DNA of 63,028 bases, the filler included, from Choristocarpus tenellus KU-1152 (lineage: Eukaryota > Protista > Phaeophyceae), in the NCBI GenBank assembly GCA_964200185.2. It is 8 parts of 8 records of this genome, joined end to end, with 100 filler letters (N's around TTAATTAATTAA, not from the genome) between each part and the next. Parts side by side here need not be neighbours in the genome. Positions count along the whole stretch, not along the records: positions 14,929 to 27,532 come from CAXNAD020001768.1; positions 27,633 to 44,337 come from CAXNAD020000789.1; 6 more parts are not named here. One strand, given 5' to 3'. A program made the position numbers and the translations under genes. Position 1 is the stretch's first letter, and each line of letters begins with the position of its first letter. Positions 23,860-37,737 of this stretch are shown here, one piece after another. A model generated the notes under the pieces. That model searched no databases and was not told where the DNA came from. It worked only from the letters and a program-made list of their open reading frames with translations.

Positions 23860-26800
23860 AATAGTTGATACAAACAGATGCTTTGACACGAGGTAGTTGT
23901 TGTCTCAGCAATACTGTGTGCGGACAGCTAATGTCAAGTCAACACAGTCCAGCCCGACTCTTGTCAAACTAGAGGCATCTCATATACGTACCACAATGAC
24001 GAGATGTCCAGAAGCTGTGCAGCATCACCAAAATGTACAACTCACTTCAGCTTTGAATTCTGGTATGTCTGTTGTAATTCCAAGGAGTCCTCCTCAACTA
24101 TCGGTCAAGGAGTTCTCTCCATTCAGATCCCAAATTTATAATCTGTTGTCTTCCACATATAGTGTGCCGTCTAATTGGAAGTAATGCGTATTGAAACCAT
24201 TGCTTCAAGTCCAAAACCCTAAACACACACATCAACTGCAGTACCTGATAAATCTACAAGAGGTAGGCTGGTGATCCAAGACCTTACACCATTGTCAGCT
24301 GCTTGTCATGCACCCCCCACTCACATGAGTGCTGCCCAGTACAAACTGCACTGGAGTTGCTACCACTGGCAACAACGGGAAGGGAAGCATTGAAGGTCTC
24401 GACCCTGTTCACTTCTGCTTGAGTCGTACGGACCTCAGCCTCAGTGCAACTGGCTAATGAAGCCTGCTCGCCTGACCTGTCTCGACCTTCTTCCTCAGCC
24501 AGAAGCGTATATCCTACAAGGTTGTCATTGAGGAAGAGGAGATGAAAACGTGAATATGCTCGTCCCTTGCGTGTACTCTGTAAGATTACAAAATTGTAGA
24601 ACACAGAGTGTGTTCTGGAAAAGAAAAGAAGAATAGAGGGAAGCAAATGCTATGTAGATGTTGTAACAACCATGGCCATGGATTGACTTTGCTCGGGGGC
24701 CTTCACATCAATAATGTATCCTTTGCGCACACCGTATTGGTTCCTCATATGCAGCCTCATGTCTAATCATTTCAATCCACCACATTAAGCAATATGAATA
24801 CTCCCATGGTTGACAGAGCACCGAAAGAAGCTAAGGACACAACCATATACATTGATTGCATGGTAACGAGTAAGGTCCTCGATCAAAAGTAATACTGGAG
24901 TCCCACCACCTAACATATGGTCGCAAATGTCAATGTGATGGGCAATGCGGGCAAGAAGTTGGCCAATTGTCAGACCAAGTTCTATGCTCATACGCCAGCC
25001 AAATCCTTGCCAGTATCATCCATCACAGGGACATCTGTGACCATGTGAGATCAAATACGGACATATACTGTCTTCAAGAAGGTGGCTACAACTCTTTGCA
25101 TCCTGGTACAATGACTTGTTCTTCACCGCAGTAGGGATGATGGAATTTGATAGCTTGGAGTCAGACCTACCCATCCCGAAGATAATATGGCACTCCAAAT
25201 TCGATCAGAATCTCATGAAGTTGATGTGGGTGACGCGGAATGTGCCATATCCCACGGGGTCAACATGTTGAGAAATGTCTACTTACTGAGGTAGAAGAAC
25301 GTCACGTGTACCAATCGTAGTCCACCGTAACAAGTTTTACCTGCACGATTGAGTCTCAGAGTAAATGCCTCCCACCGAGTCATGGTCTTGTAGATACCCA
25401 TATCCTCTGTGAGATGCACTGGTGTTCCTGGAAGGCGGAACACCACGAGGGCACCTGCATATGGTACGAGGTCAGTGATAAGGACATGAACTTGGGAATG
25501 TGACATGTGACACATAGCTCACTCCTCCACATTCGAGAAACAATTGTTCCAATATTTGCAAAGTATGGTGGTGATCTGTTTCTGGGCATGAGATAGGTAT
25601 GGGACAGTAAAAGTATTTTTGAGTGGTGTGCCACTCTGTAAAAGGGTCTCTGCAAACGATTTAACATGTGAATATTTTCGTCCCTTGATACCCCAATCCA
25701 AATTCCAATGACAAAATATCCATCTACAGAATCTCTTGTTCTACATTCACAGACTCCTGATGAGGATTGCTTGAAGTAAGGCCATCAAAATGGTGTGTTA
25801 CTCATCACATTTATGAGTCCCTTGATGAAAAAATGGCTAATCACCCTCCCTCTTGGAATCCTTGGCTTGGAAGGTTGGGTAGTAGGTCTCAGCATTTAAT
25901 ACTTTTTCCAGTCAAAAACACCTTTTGTTTCTACTGACATACTGCAATCAAGGCATTGTGACTCGGATAAGGAGTACCGTGAACTTGTTTGTTTCAAGCA
26001 GGAGCTGTCACTGTGATCGTGGGTGTACAGCAAAAGCTTCTTGGAGAAGGCGCAAGCAAACAACCATTAGGGACTTGACTACATACCTATGTCCGACTCT
26101 ATTGCAAACACTTTGGTGTGGTTGACCATTTGGTTCCCATCTCCTCCTGTGTTGGTTACAGCCCTACAGCAGTCAGCAACACTTCTTCCCAAAACATGAT
26201 AATGTATTATGTCTATCCTGAGGTCAATCCTGGCACTTCAATTTAATCTCAGTAACACAGATTGGGATGATCTGCTGGAACTGAAAAGTTCTAGTTGAAA
26301 TTGTGTGGACAGAAGATCAAATACAATCATCATCCTTAATCGGATCTGAGAGTATTTGACATGTCAATGTACATACTGATAACTTTGATCTCATACTTTG
26401 GAAGCTGCATTTGGATTTTCTCTGTTGCAGACAACTAGTAGCACCTCTTAGCACTTTGGCTACTGTCAAGTCCTCTTCCCATCACACAAAAGATGGGTTC
26501 TAAAATTGGTCTATTGACTGGTTTGCAGAACTCAAGGGGTATTATCGTAGAAGTGTGACAGCCTTCCCAGGGACAGCGACTCACATGCGTCTGCACTGTC
26601 AGTGGTGCAGGTGCCTTCACTCGGCAACAAATCAGGCACTCCCTGCGAGGTACAAGTCAATGAGTTGTGTCAATACAACTTGGAGAAGCTGAGCTTCCCA
26701 AATACATTGAAATATGATATTGAGCGGTGACCAATATAGTGGACAAGGTCTGCACGAAAGACATCTTGATTTTGAAATCGATGAGGGAAAGTGGTTGTTT

Positions 26801-27472
26801 GTTTTGTGCTGAGTCCTTGTTCAGGGAGTTGGAACTGCATGTAATATCATGATAGATGTGTGTATCATGAAGGAGCTAGCACATGACAGGCAATGACTTG
26901 TTCAAATAGAAGAAGGCTAGAACCCACCTCATCCTTCCTCCCGTCCAGCCTAACTGCGACAGAGACATTGGTTAAGACCTCCAACTTGTCCATATATTTG
27001 GATTTGGAGGTTATTTCATTCGCAGTCACGACAGGAAACACCCGACCTTTGTAGCTGGCCAAGTTCGGATGCCTGTACAAGCTGTGACTGGATCATCAAG
27101 CACATTGATCCGGGCACACGTATGCATGCAGAGAGAAGAAAGGGAATGTGATCCTTCTACATGAATACAAGAGGTCATGCTGATCTCCTGTTTGCATTAG
27201 AATACTAAGGGTCTCTTCAGGCTGCCGACTGAAAGATGGGCTACATCAAAGTTTGAGGTCGTTGATAGTTGGTGGTATCACGTATGAGGGTTTGGTGAAT
27301 CCCTACAGTCAATACACCCTCACCATTTTACTATTTTATCTTTATACTGTCTTTTGCTATGGTGTAATAGGGTTTGCTGCCAACGATGATACTTCGGCAT
27401 TTGGAACGACTCCATCCTGCTCAAGGACAAGGCTGAGTAGGGTCCTCCAAAGCTTACACCTATACTTTGAAC

Positions 27473-27513
<41 letters not shown>

Positions 27514-27532
27514 GAGGGTGAAATGCACACTA

Positions 27533-27632
27533 NNNNNNNNNNNNNNNNNNNNNNNNNNNNNNNNNNNNNNNNNNNNTTAATTAATTAANNNNNNNNNNNN
27601 NNNNNNNNNNNNNNNNNNNNNNNNNNNNNNNN
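27533..27632. other. Artificial contig spacer
   Basis: N44-TTAATTAATTAA-N44. Confidence 0.98.
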
Positions 27633-28385
27633 GGGGGTGATGAAATGGAAAGGACACTGTGCCATTGTTTGTTGGGTACTTCCAAATTTAATGATACACG
27701 ACCAAGTCTGCACCACGTGTTGACATAGTTTTTGGGATCATTTGGACAACAAAACAGGGGATACACTTCTACAGTTCTAGAACAATTTTGAACAGTTTTA
27801 AGTGATTAGTAGATAGATACATACACAAACGCCTCTTTGTACACAGCATACGAAGAGCATAAGAGCTCTGTACTCACACCCTTTTGGGGTGTTCTCACCT
27901 CCATAAGTAGCTTGGAGGCGCTCCACCTCCGAAATAAACGCATTCGATCATGGGAAACCCCACGTGAGGTTTTTGACATCGGCGGAGTAAAATACTTGAG
28001 TCGAATTTTAGTGCAATGTGGCAATCTTGGGTGTTGCCAAGCCTGTACACAAATGTCAGAAGAAAGCAAAGACAGCGTTAATTTTAGCGTAGTCCAGCAA
28101 TTGAAACAGTACCACCTTTTTTTTAATCACATATGGAGAAAAGAGTCACGTGATGCGGGACTTCTTTTTTTTTTCACTGAAGGCTTAATAAGAGGTGCTA
28201 GAAGTGGACTGGATATATTCTAGAGCGCTTCCACGGCGAGGGGAAATGATGAGATATGAAAAAACCGCTTGCTGCGCGCGCTCGAGCGCTTGTAGGTGTG
28301 TGTGTGTGTGTGTGTGTGTTTTTAAGCGGTAGTGGTTATGGTTAATACCGCAGGAGTTTTAAGTCCGTTCTTGTTTGAAACCCAG

Positions 28386-31300
28386 ATGTCAGAGTCCGAG
28401 AGGCGTGGGAGGAGAGCGTGAGAGCTGCTGCTGAGCATGGGGCGGAGGTGGTGACCGTATCAATGCCATCTGTTCCTCAGGTGTGTGACGATATTTTAGT
28501 TTGTCATGTTTTGGGAATGTTGATGTGCTGTGCCTTTTTGGTTGTGTTGCGTGGTACTACATTAGTTGCGGTTGAGGATTCCCCTTGGGATTTTTTTTGA
28601 AGCCCCGAAATGTGTCGGTACGTGGGCGAAATGGTTTGTAAAGGAGTCTTCGTTAGGGTGCTGTTTTTTGGGGGTTTTTTTCATTGCTTTTGTTATTGCG
28701 TTGTTGGTTGTTGGTTGTTGGTTGTTAGCAAAAGGTGGTGTCTTTTGTTAGTGTGTGCCTCCAAGTTGATGCAGTGTTTTGGATTTGCTTCAGTGTTGCG
28801 CTCGAATTTGTTGAGGCTCTTTTGAGGTAAGAGTAGTCATCAGCACAATGTGAGACCCTGACTTACACTGCATTGTACGAGCTATCATATGTATATGTGA
28901 GCTCAAAATGACATTGCTGGGTTGGGTGATTGTCATCTCATGCTTGCAGGGGCAAGAGACTCTCTTCGGGTGATGTTGGTGGTGCTTGTGGAGGTTGGGC
29001 ATTTCCAATAAAACTTTGGAAAGGTTTGAAAAATTGGATTTGTTGCTCAGGGTTGGTTTCCTTTGGGGTCACTGATTGCTCGTTTGATTGACCCGGACAC
29101 ACCATTTTTGTAAGAGCACTCCAATCAATAAGCTCCTTGTGAGAATATGTGGTGAAGATATTCATGATACCTCCTATACATTCGCAGCAGAAGAGGTGCC
29201 AGTTTTTGTATTAATAAGTATAGAGCAAGATCAGAGCTATCTTTTGTCCACCAAAAATGATTTTCCTTCTGATACTGTTCACCTACAGTATGAGGTAGGC
29301 ATTGGATGCTGAGTATTGTAGAAAAAAATAGTACTGATTGAGAAATTCTAAATTTTTATTATACTCCGAGTACAGAAATCCAGTGAAGTGATCAAGTGAT
29401 GTATGGTATATATATATATATATATATATATTAGTATCTAGTATGCACCTGTTGGGTTCTGTCATATTCATACCCCACTGTTAACTATACTGTGAGCTAA
29501 ACCACAATACTACTCTAGAGTGTGTTCGTCCTTGGCACATGGTGTGTGTTATGTCGAGCCGACAACTTGCATATTTGTATCTTCAAGTTGAAGTGTAGTG
29601 AGTAGCAGTAATAGCAGTGGAACAGAAAACAAACACGCATTCACCCACAATGTACGAGATCTCCGTCTGACTCGAAGTACCTGAGAAGAGGGGTGTGTGC
29701 TTTTTGGCTGATTTGAGTTGTGAGGGAGATTGAAGAAGATGAGGGCATCTGAAAAAAAAGGTCATCAGTATGGACAAACTTGTTCCTGCAAACTGATCGT
29801 ACTTCGAAAGACATACTTCGAAAGACAGTCAGGTTGTCCTAAACACCTGTACAACGTGTGGTCCAAGACATATGCCTCCGGAAAGTCAGAGGGGTGTCCT
29901 TATTTGAGAGTCAGCAGCACCCCCAGACTTTTTCAGTTCCTCTGACTCGGTGTACTTGATAGTGAAGGTGCAAAAACTTCAGAAATAGATAGATACCCAC
30001 CACTACTGTTGTCTTGTGTGCAGAGGTGTATGATGTGGTCTGGACATGGGAAGAGGGTGCTGTTGGGCTGAAAATGCCTCTTCTTGGGATCTGGGTTCAC
30101 CACAGAGGTATCGAACAATTGGTGGTGACATTGGTGGTTTTATTGACCCTGTGTTGACGACGTGAATGTTTTGGTGGTGTGCAAGATGATTCAGATAGTA
30201 GAGATGATATTATTTTGGGTTTAGGGTTAGGGGGGGGGGGGGGACTAGAGGCGCAGTCCCTATCAATGGATGCTAGTTGCTAATTTCACTGTGCTCTCTC
30301 TGCCTTGAGGGGGGTAAATTGCCTCTTCCTGTGGAACATACAGATATATTGTGTGAGGGATTCCTGTGCAAGGGGTGGGGAGATTTTGCAAACCTATTAA
30401 CTGTGCAATGCTATTCACTGACAACAGCTCTTGCCAAGTAATCGGAGGTAATCTTTTGAGTATAGTATCAAACAGAGGTTGTACTGTTTGCTTAATTTGT
30501 ACTTTGTAGTACTGGGGTATTTGACTTTTTGTTCATATACTGTGAATGTATATGTTTTTTTATGTTTTCTTGTAGCACTCTGTCAGTGTCAAGCAACTTA
30601 TGGAATGAATGTGATAGAGATAGCAGAACTGCCAACAAAACAGCTTTGGAAACCTTGGTGCAAGGCATGCACCACATAGTCCTACTGCCATACCTTCATT
30701 CAGTCAATCTCAATCACTGAGGAGGATCTGCTTGGCAAATATTTTCCAAGCAATTCACAGCATAAGCTCAACCCCCTACCCCCCCCTCTGCAACACCATT
30801 ATTGATAGTATTTGGTGGGGCAAAGAATCATCTCAAGATCATTATTAGTTACTACATCCTCTGTTCAGCATCAGTTTGAACAGTTTGCATGGTGGTTTTC
30901 CGCACCGAATCAGGAAGGCATTTCTTGCAGCTTTGCAGTGGGCAGCATAGAGTAGGTAGACTATTATGTATTTCGCTGATATTTTGTGCTAACTTCATGG
31001 GTTATTGCAAGACCCCCTTAGAATAAATGAAAATCTGATACCCTCTTGTGCATGTATGGCCTGCCCTGCAAGGTGTTTGAACTGATGTTGAAGAATGAAC
31101 GAACCTCTTCATTCTTGATGTAAAGAGAAGCAATGATATGTTACTAAGTATTGATAGTGATAAGATCATCTTGTTAAGGTTTTGAGCTACCACTTTACCA
31201 CCTAGACAGTCTCATGGAGGACTTGTGCCCTGGAGGTGAAGTGATATCTCAATATCCTGACAAAATCAGAGGCTGGGGTGTTACCCAACTTAGCCTGTGG

Positions 31301-34300
31301 CCCATCTCACCCCACTGGCCGTGTGTACTCCCCAAGCAGTCGTCTCACACTTTGCATTTCCTACTGAATCCACGACTTGGATCCCCTTTGCATTCTATTA
31401 TTATTGTCCCATTGTGTAGAGGTGAGAAGCGATCCAGGTGACATTTAAGCCTGCCCCTCTGATCTTTGTCCAACACCCGGCCAGTTGGGCAATTGTTGCA
31501 GTGGCATCTCAATATCTTGTCCCATGTCATGACCTAAGCAGCACAGTCGTACGCTTCCAAACTATACCATGTAGTATTAACTTGTGTACCATATCTACAA
31601 GTATCAGTGCAAAGAAAAGGATGTGTGTAGCAAGGCTACATCTCTATATGACTGACTTAGAACGATATTCCTGTTTCCCCGCCCCTCTTTTGGTGATTCT
31701 GCCCCATCTCTCTCCTGTCTCCATCTTACTGGCCTGGTTGTCAATTCCGCTTCACGCGGAATGCAAGAGGCTATCGCCTCTTATGCAGTGATAGCAAGCG
31801 CAGAGGCATCGTCTAACCTCTCTCGATATGATGGGGTGAGGTATGGCCAACAGATGGGCCCAGGGAGGGAGGAGGGGGAGGGAGATAGAGCTGGAGTGGG
31901 TGGACTCTATCGGGATCAGGGAGGCGTTCATGATGAGTTCACAAGTACTCGCACAGCTTTCTTTGGTGATGAGGTAAGGAGTGAGGGCAAGTCTGCTGGT
32001 GGGGGCAGGAGACGGAGAGGGCCTCAGCCTAGAGGACAGCAAAACGCCTATGAAACACGAGCGGCCTGCTAGATGACTATATTTTAATTTTTCATTCTAT
32101 TTTTTGTATTTTTGTATCTTCCTGTGTTCTTACGAGACAAGGAATGTGTATGTAGTATGGTATGTATGCCTCAGTCTCGTGTTACCTGATTGCAATTCCG
32201 TTTGCTCTTTCCGATCTTTAAACTAACTCATTACAGGGTGTGTTGATTGTAGGCTTGGAATCAAGGGCATCGACAGCGTGCACACTACAGATTATTTGTA
32301 GTTCCACCAGCATGGGAAATACTATCAGCTAACTATCAGCTATTGCTGCCTAAAGTGGAGTTAGTGACTCGGTCAAGGCAGTCTGTACAGGAAGAACAAC
32401 CCTCCTATACCTAGCATATGGCCTTAATGTGCTCCGAAAGTTGATTTTGAGCTTGCCCTGCTGACCTTACTAGATCTTTCTTGAACTCTGATGATGCCAC
32501 AGTATCCATTCTGATAGGTACGTACAGTACATGCTGTGTTTGGTACAAGCACACGGCAGTCTGTAGATGCACCCTTTCAGATGCACATAATGAGTAGAGT
32601 AATAATCTCGCTTTGGAGGTTCTTTTTGAGATGATATTTTTTTGCAAAATTGCTGGCCCCGATCGGTCACCTGTATTTGCAATTTCCTCATTTCATATAT
32701 AGAGTTTACTTCCGATCAAGTAATTGGGTGAAAGCTTACAGTTTCAACTGGAAGTTGGTGCACCACTTAACTCCAAAGTGCACCTATTCAGTTGTTGGCA
32801 CCGGATAGAACTTGGGGGTCTTTCAGCAAGCCCTGGGAGCCAGCCTCAGAGGTGACTGCAGATGAAGGGACACCACAAAACAAAAGGAGGGGGCCAACCA
32901 AAGATGAGGCAAGGGCTCACATGGCTACAGCGATGAAGTAACACTTGGTGGATGTGACCTGAAATAATGACTGAAAGGTTTGGGAAGCTGATGCCGAAAA
33001 CCAGGTGGAGAAAGTCAGGTTGGTCAGGGGAAAGGTGCTTTCAGAGGAGCAGGCATCCATACTGCGGGCCATATGCTACAGGCTCATCATCAACAGCCAT
33101 ATGGTCTAAAGTGTGGCGATTGGGGCTGTCTGCAGTACGATGGGAGTGGGAAAAGGCAAGGTTTTCATCATCACGTGAAGTTGAGAATGACGGGGAGATC
33201 TTGAGCACCTTGTGGGTTGGAGGGGGAACGTTCAAGTGGACTCAGAGAGGAGGTGTAAGGTCTAACCCTAACCACTGCTTGAAGAGATGAGATTCAACAT
33301 CTACACACAGCACAATGCCGGTGCACACTTCACTTTAGATACTTTCCTAGCTCCCTAAATGTATCAGTGATAAGGGTTTCGAAACTGCTTTTGAAGAATT
33401 TTCTCCCAGTTGACCTCATTTGACTGAAATCCGTATTTGATGTATAGCATTTTTTGCACGTGGGCATGCCTTGTCTTGCATACTTGTGTTGCATACAATA
33501 GGCATCACTTAGTGCGCCATGTTAACTGAAAAGCTGCATTAATAATCTCATCATGTTGCTGAATGTGTGCGTACAAATATTTTGATTGCGACTGAGAAAT
33601 ATCGTAGAAAAGTAAATTTTGATGGTTACAGCATACATAGACTAGTGTGCGGACAATTAAACAATATGTTGTAGTTCAGAATTCACACATCATACAAGAT
33701 TGCAGTGTGTGTTGTGATCTTCAATGCACCCAAAGTATGCGAAGGTAAATGAATCAACTCATTTATGTCTTGTTTGAGATGCGCATCTTACGGCTTGATT
33801 CATAGAAGCTGATAACCTTCCTGCCGTACACCATGATAAGTTACTCCAACAGTATCATTAGTCATTCCAATGCGCACTGTGCATAAAACGAACGCTTGTC
33901 CCCTCCCTTGTGAAACCCACGATGATTCCACCTTTCTGATTAAAGGTTAAGCGTAGGATCTTGTCAGGATGTTTTGTCCTGTGCTCATCCGCGTATTATG
34001 ACTACTACGAGGTCGCCTTGCAGGTGAGTTTATCCAGTTGTTCGTTATGCCCATCCAGGGTAGGTAGGAACTAAGAACTATACAAGTTATTCAGAAAGGA
34101 CAGTTTCTGTATTGTATCAAGCCCGCTGAAAACTCCCCAAGTGTTTTGAACTACCATGCTAGTCCCACTTGAATGGCTGTGTCCTTTGTCCCTGAGCAGT
34201 GCAGTACCACCACCTCGCCCCAATTATGTCCAATTCACTAATGAAATACAGGTTCGTCAACAGGTTAGAAGGGAGTTCCATGCTGCCCTGGCAAGGGCAG

Positions 34301-35439
34301 ATGTCCTGTTGGCACCTACTTCTCCGTTTGCATCCTTCTCCTATGGCGGTCCACCTGCAGACCCTAGTGCACTTCTCTTGAATGATGTTCTCACTGTCCC
34401 TGCAAGTCTTGCTGGGCTGCCAGCTGTGTCTCTCCCAGTTGCCACGATGATGGCAGGTGGTGTGACAGGGGGGGGAAACAGAAGGGCGGATCTTGATGGA
34501 CCGGTGCTGCAAGAGAGTGAGACAGTCAGTGGTTCACGCTGTCTCCTCCCTCTAGGAATGCAGGTTTGAATGGGCCACACAATCTTGGTTTTTAATTTGT
34601 ATTGAAATTGCAAAATGTGCTTGATGAAGTTAAGTGTCACAACTTGAACCTGAATAGTATTTGAGTTGTTGGACATGTGCACGAAGGAGGTATTGAAAGG
34701 AGTTGGGAAGGGGATGAAGCCTTCTAGGGTGTGTAGACCAAGGTTTTAATTTTCATCAATTGAAGGAAGTACTCAAGAGTACTTGTTTGTTGTGGACTCA
34801 AGTGAGAGTAACATGCACTCCAACTTTTACAGTCGCAATCCCAAATGTTGACTCTGTTGGGGGTAGCGACAGTTGGATGTCAAGTACGGAACTTTAATCC
34901 TTCCATTGTGGGGTTGAAAGCCTTACCCTTACAACTTGGGACTTTGATAAATATTAGGTTTCTGTCGAGGGTGCTGTACTTCTTTATGCACCTGGTGAGT
35001 CGTGATGTATAGGAACCTGAAAGGGTTGGATTGCTCTGTTAGTGTGGATTGCATTTTGATCTGATGGAAAGCAGTTCATTTTTCCAAGTTGTCAGAACTG
35101 CAATGATTCCAGAGTTTGGTCCATCATACTTCAGAGCATCCACTTGCATAGAACAGTTGAAGATAGGGAAGATACATAGTGCGCACAGTTCTTATGTTCT
35201 CAGTATGATTTGTTGCCTTCCATCAAGGAGGTTGCAATTTTAGTTGCCGTTTATGCTGTTGGCATGTTACCTCAACATCCGTCCACCCTCTTCTCTCTGT
35301 TCCTAAATTACCACGCAATCAACTTCAGGTCATTGGGAGGCCACTTGGAGAGGTTTCAATTTTGAGGGTGGCTCATGTACTTGAGGGATACTTCAACTTT
35401 GCTGCTCAAATTCCACGAAGAGTGGGAGAGCAACGTTGA
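28386..35439 (+). CDS. gatA: Glutamyl-tRNA(Gln) amidotransferase subunit A (amidase family), 3' five exons; 5' part off-contig
   Basis: Exons ~28386-28480 (VREAWEESVRAAAEHGAEVVTVSMPSVPQ), 31770-31973 (AIASYAVIASAEASSNLSRYDGVRYG...RTAFFGDE), 33946-34023 (VKRRILSGCFVLCSSAYYDYYEVALQ), 34252-34563 (VRQQVRREF...DVLLAPTSP...LNDVLTVPASLAGLPAVSLP...LPLGMQ), 35329-35439 (VIGRPLGEVSILRVAHVLE...*). All four introns are GT-AG and phase 0; hallmark GatA motifs EASSNLxRYDG and EVKRRI. The first acceptor is uncertain. Confidence 0.93.
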
Positions 35440-36149
35440 CATTGATTTTTAGTACGTGCGACACAGTATCGGGAGATGGCATGGAAGTGATTGAGGCCTC
35501 TACTTCTCGATCCGTTCAGTTTTCTACATTCTGTTACATTGAGACGACGCAACCTCTAACACAAGCGATAGAAGCTCTGCACTCGGCGCAGGCATACTGC
35601 GCAAGAACACGACAACACTACCAGACAAATCAAACTTATGGTGGCATGGTTTGATTATCGTGGATAAGTTAATAGAGTCGTCACCAAAGCTTTCTGCTGT
35701 CTGGTGAACTCCACAAATCTACCCCTACATCGACTATTTATGGGGTTACTGTGTTCTGTATTAAGGAGGAGAAAGTTTAATCACACAATACATCTAAAAT
35801 ACTTTTGATCTGATAAGCGTAATTTCCTCCTCTTACACCAACCAACTTTGGTTCTCCTCTCAGACCTCACACCTCACAGTAGTCAAATCTCCAACCTCTG
35901 TAATCGATTGTTGTTCTGGTATTGAAGATTTGCAATCGAAATACTCGGATCAATTTGTATTTGATCAATTATTATGTACAAAACCAACAATTTCAGAAAG
36001 ATATCAAATGTATGAAGGATTTTTACAATATTCTATTCCTTACTACTCCACTACTAGGAACTGAAACACTACTCAACAAAACTGTTAGATTCCTGTATGA
36101 GAATAACGCAAACACAAACCAATACTGATAAAATCAGTCACTATTTATA

Positions 36150-36345
36150 TTATTATGCCCTCTGAGATTTTCCGGACATGTCAGTGGGAAACCGATGAAT
36201 ACTGTACACATTGTCAATATAAGCCCTAATAAATAAAATGACATAAATGTGAAAGCCGCTCCTAATCTATATATTACTTCACCACCATCTATGTTGTACT
36301 ACTGCCTACCTGTCTCCAATGTACATCTAACTTTGCCCTGGGGGT
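36150..36345 (+). repeat. Dispersed repeat family M3, copy 2
   Basis: tattatgccctctgagattttccggacatgtcagtgggaa...taatctat..ttacttcaccaccatc..tactactg aligns with 43902-44125. Confidence 0.7.
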
Positions 36346-37737
36346 GCGTCAGCCACTATAGTTTTGATGAAAGATTATAAGGTTACACCTTCAATAATAA
36401 GTAACGTCTTATTCAACCAAGGTAATTTAGAAAGTACCTGACACAAATACGGGGATTCCGAACACGAAAGGGTGGTATATATTCGAAAAAATCAATATCC
36501 TACAGCAAGTAAGTCAAAAGCAAAGCATAATCCGTTTGAGTTGATACTGTTAGTTAGGGAATTCATTTTAGATTTGAAGAATTCCAATTTCCAGCAACAA
36601 GAAAATTCTATATTTGTCCAGATGACTAACCATGGACATACAAGGGGAAGTTTTTTTAGATTCTTAAACTGAAAAGAACCATACACACACATTCATTCTC
36701 TTAAAACACTCTTTGTACAAGCAAGGGTCACAAATTCCCTTAGGTGTTGTACGAAATTTGATTCCCGAAATATATCCTCATCCCTCATATTTCATCATCT
36801 TACCGTCTTTCAAGCAATCTGTCCGACTACCTCATTAATTCTTTTTTTCTAGTTTATAAAATACCCACCATTAAACTACAATTCAGATCACATCTTTCAA
36901 CTCCTTCTTTTCTTATCTCAATTCTTTCTGCTTTTGATCAAATCCGTGAAACTCAAGTTCTCCTTTCACGTTCAGGAATACCTTATCACTCTACATCTAC
37001 AACTGCCACAACCAGGTCTTGTATCAGGTAAGTGGAATCTTCGCCTGAGGGTCAACGAGGTCTGACCGCTTAATCGATTTAGTGTTGGTGGAAGCGTTTA
37101 ACGTCTACTCCCCTCCAAACACCTCCCCGGTTAAAAACAGTGAAATACAACCGTCGATGCTGTTCCGAGTTGAGAACAAAATCTCAGGTGGCATACGAAC
37201 ATTTCCCAGTACATCGAGGTCGATTGTGGCATACAAACTGCCAGCGATCGTCGTCAAAAGCCATTTGATGGGAGTTGTGGAGTTTGTTTTCTTTGGAGAT
37301 AGAATAGAGTGACCCGTCCTGATCTTTTCGTTAAACATTTTCGAAGAGATCACTGGTATTTGTACAAGAACTGCGAAGGAACTGATGTCTTAGCACATAA
37401 ACTCAATAGATACCACAAACTGGCACCAGAGTTGCAATATTAGGTTGATATTCGTCCAGTCATAGACCAGATACCTTCGACGTAAAACACGTGATGATGT
37501 AAATGTCAACGCCTGATAGATGTGACCATCCATATTAAGATCAGCTCAACTGTCACCCTTCACCCTTGATGTTGAACGGATACCCCCGCCATCGTCTCGA
37601 TTGTATTACTTTTCATAGATAATTGCAATGGGTAAGGACAAGCGATTCCAACCACACATTCTCTTTCAACCATTTCAGCAGTTCCCGATATCTAGGCTTC
37701 ACTACCGCTCTCTAATGCAGGTTCACCAACTAATATC

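Larger units (their letters stand above)
17900..26300 (+). repeat. Tandem triplication (~2746-bp period) of a decayed unknown coding sequence
   Basis: 22109-22850 and 24855-25596 are nearly identical (offset 2746); 21587-21870 is similar to 24307-24588; diverged homologous blocks lie at 17920-18862, 22672-24100 and 25418-26300. Conserved + strand peptides: WCSW..E.HEGTCIW, HLEN.DWD, QH.QNVQL.SA. Many stops. Confidence 0.8.

Noticed and set aside
21496-24646. Duplicated minus-strand ORFs (…EEGRDRSGEQAS…) as intact paralogous genes
   Set aside because: They lie in the tandem duplication, lack ATG starts, and the conserved peptide signal elsewhere in the units points to the + strand; strand and function remain unresolved.
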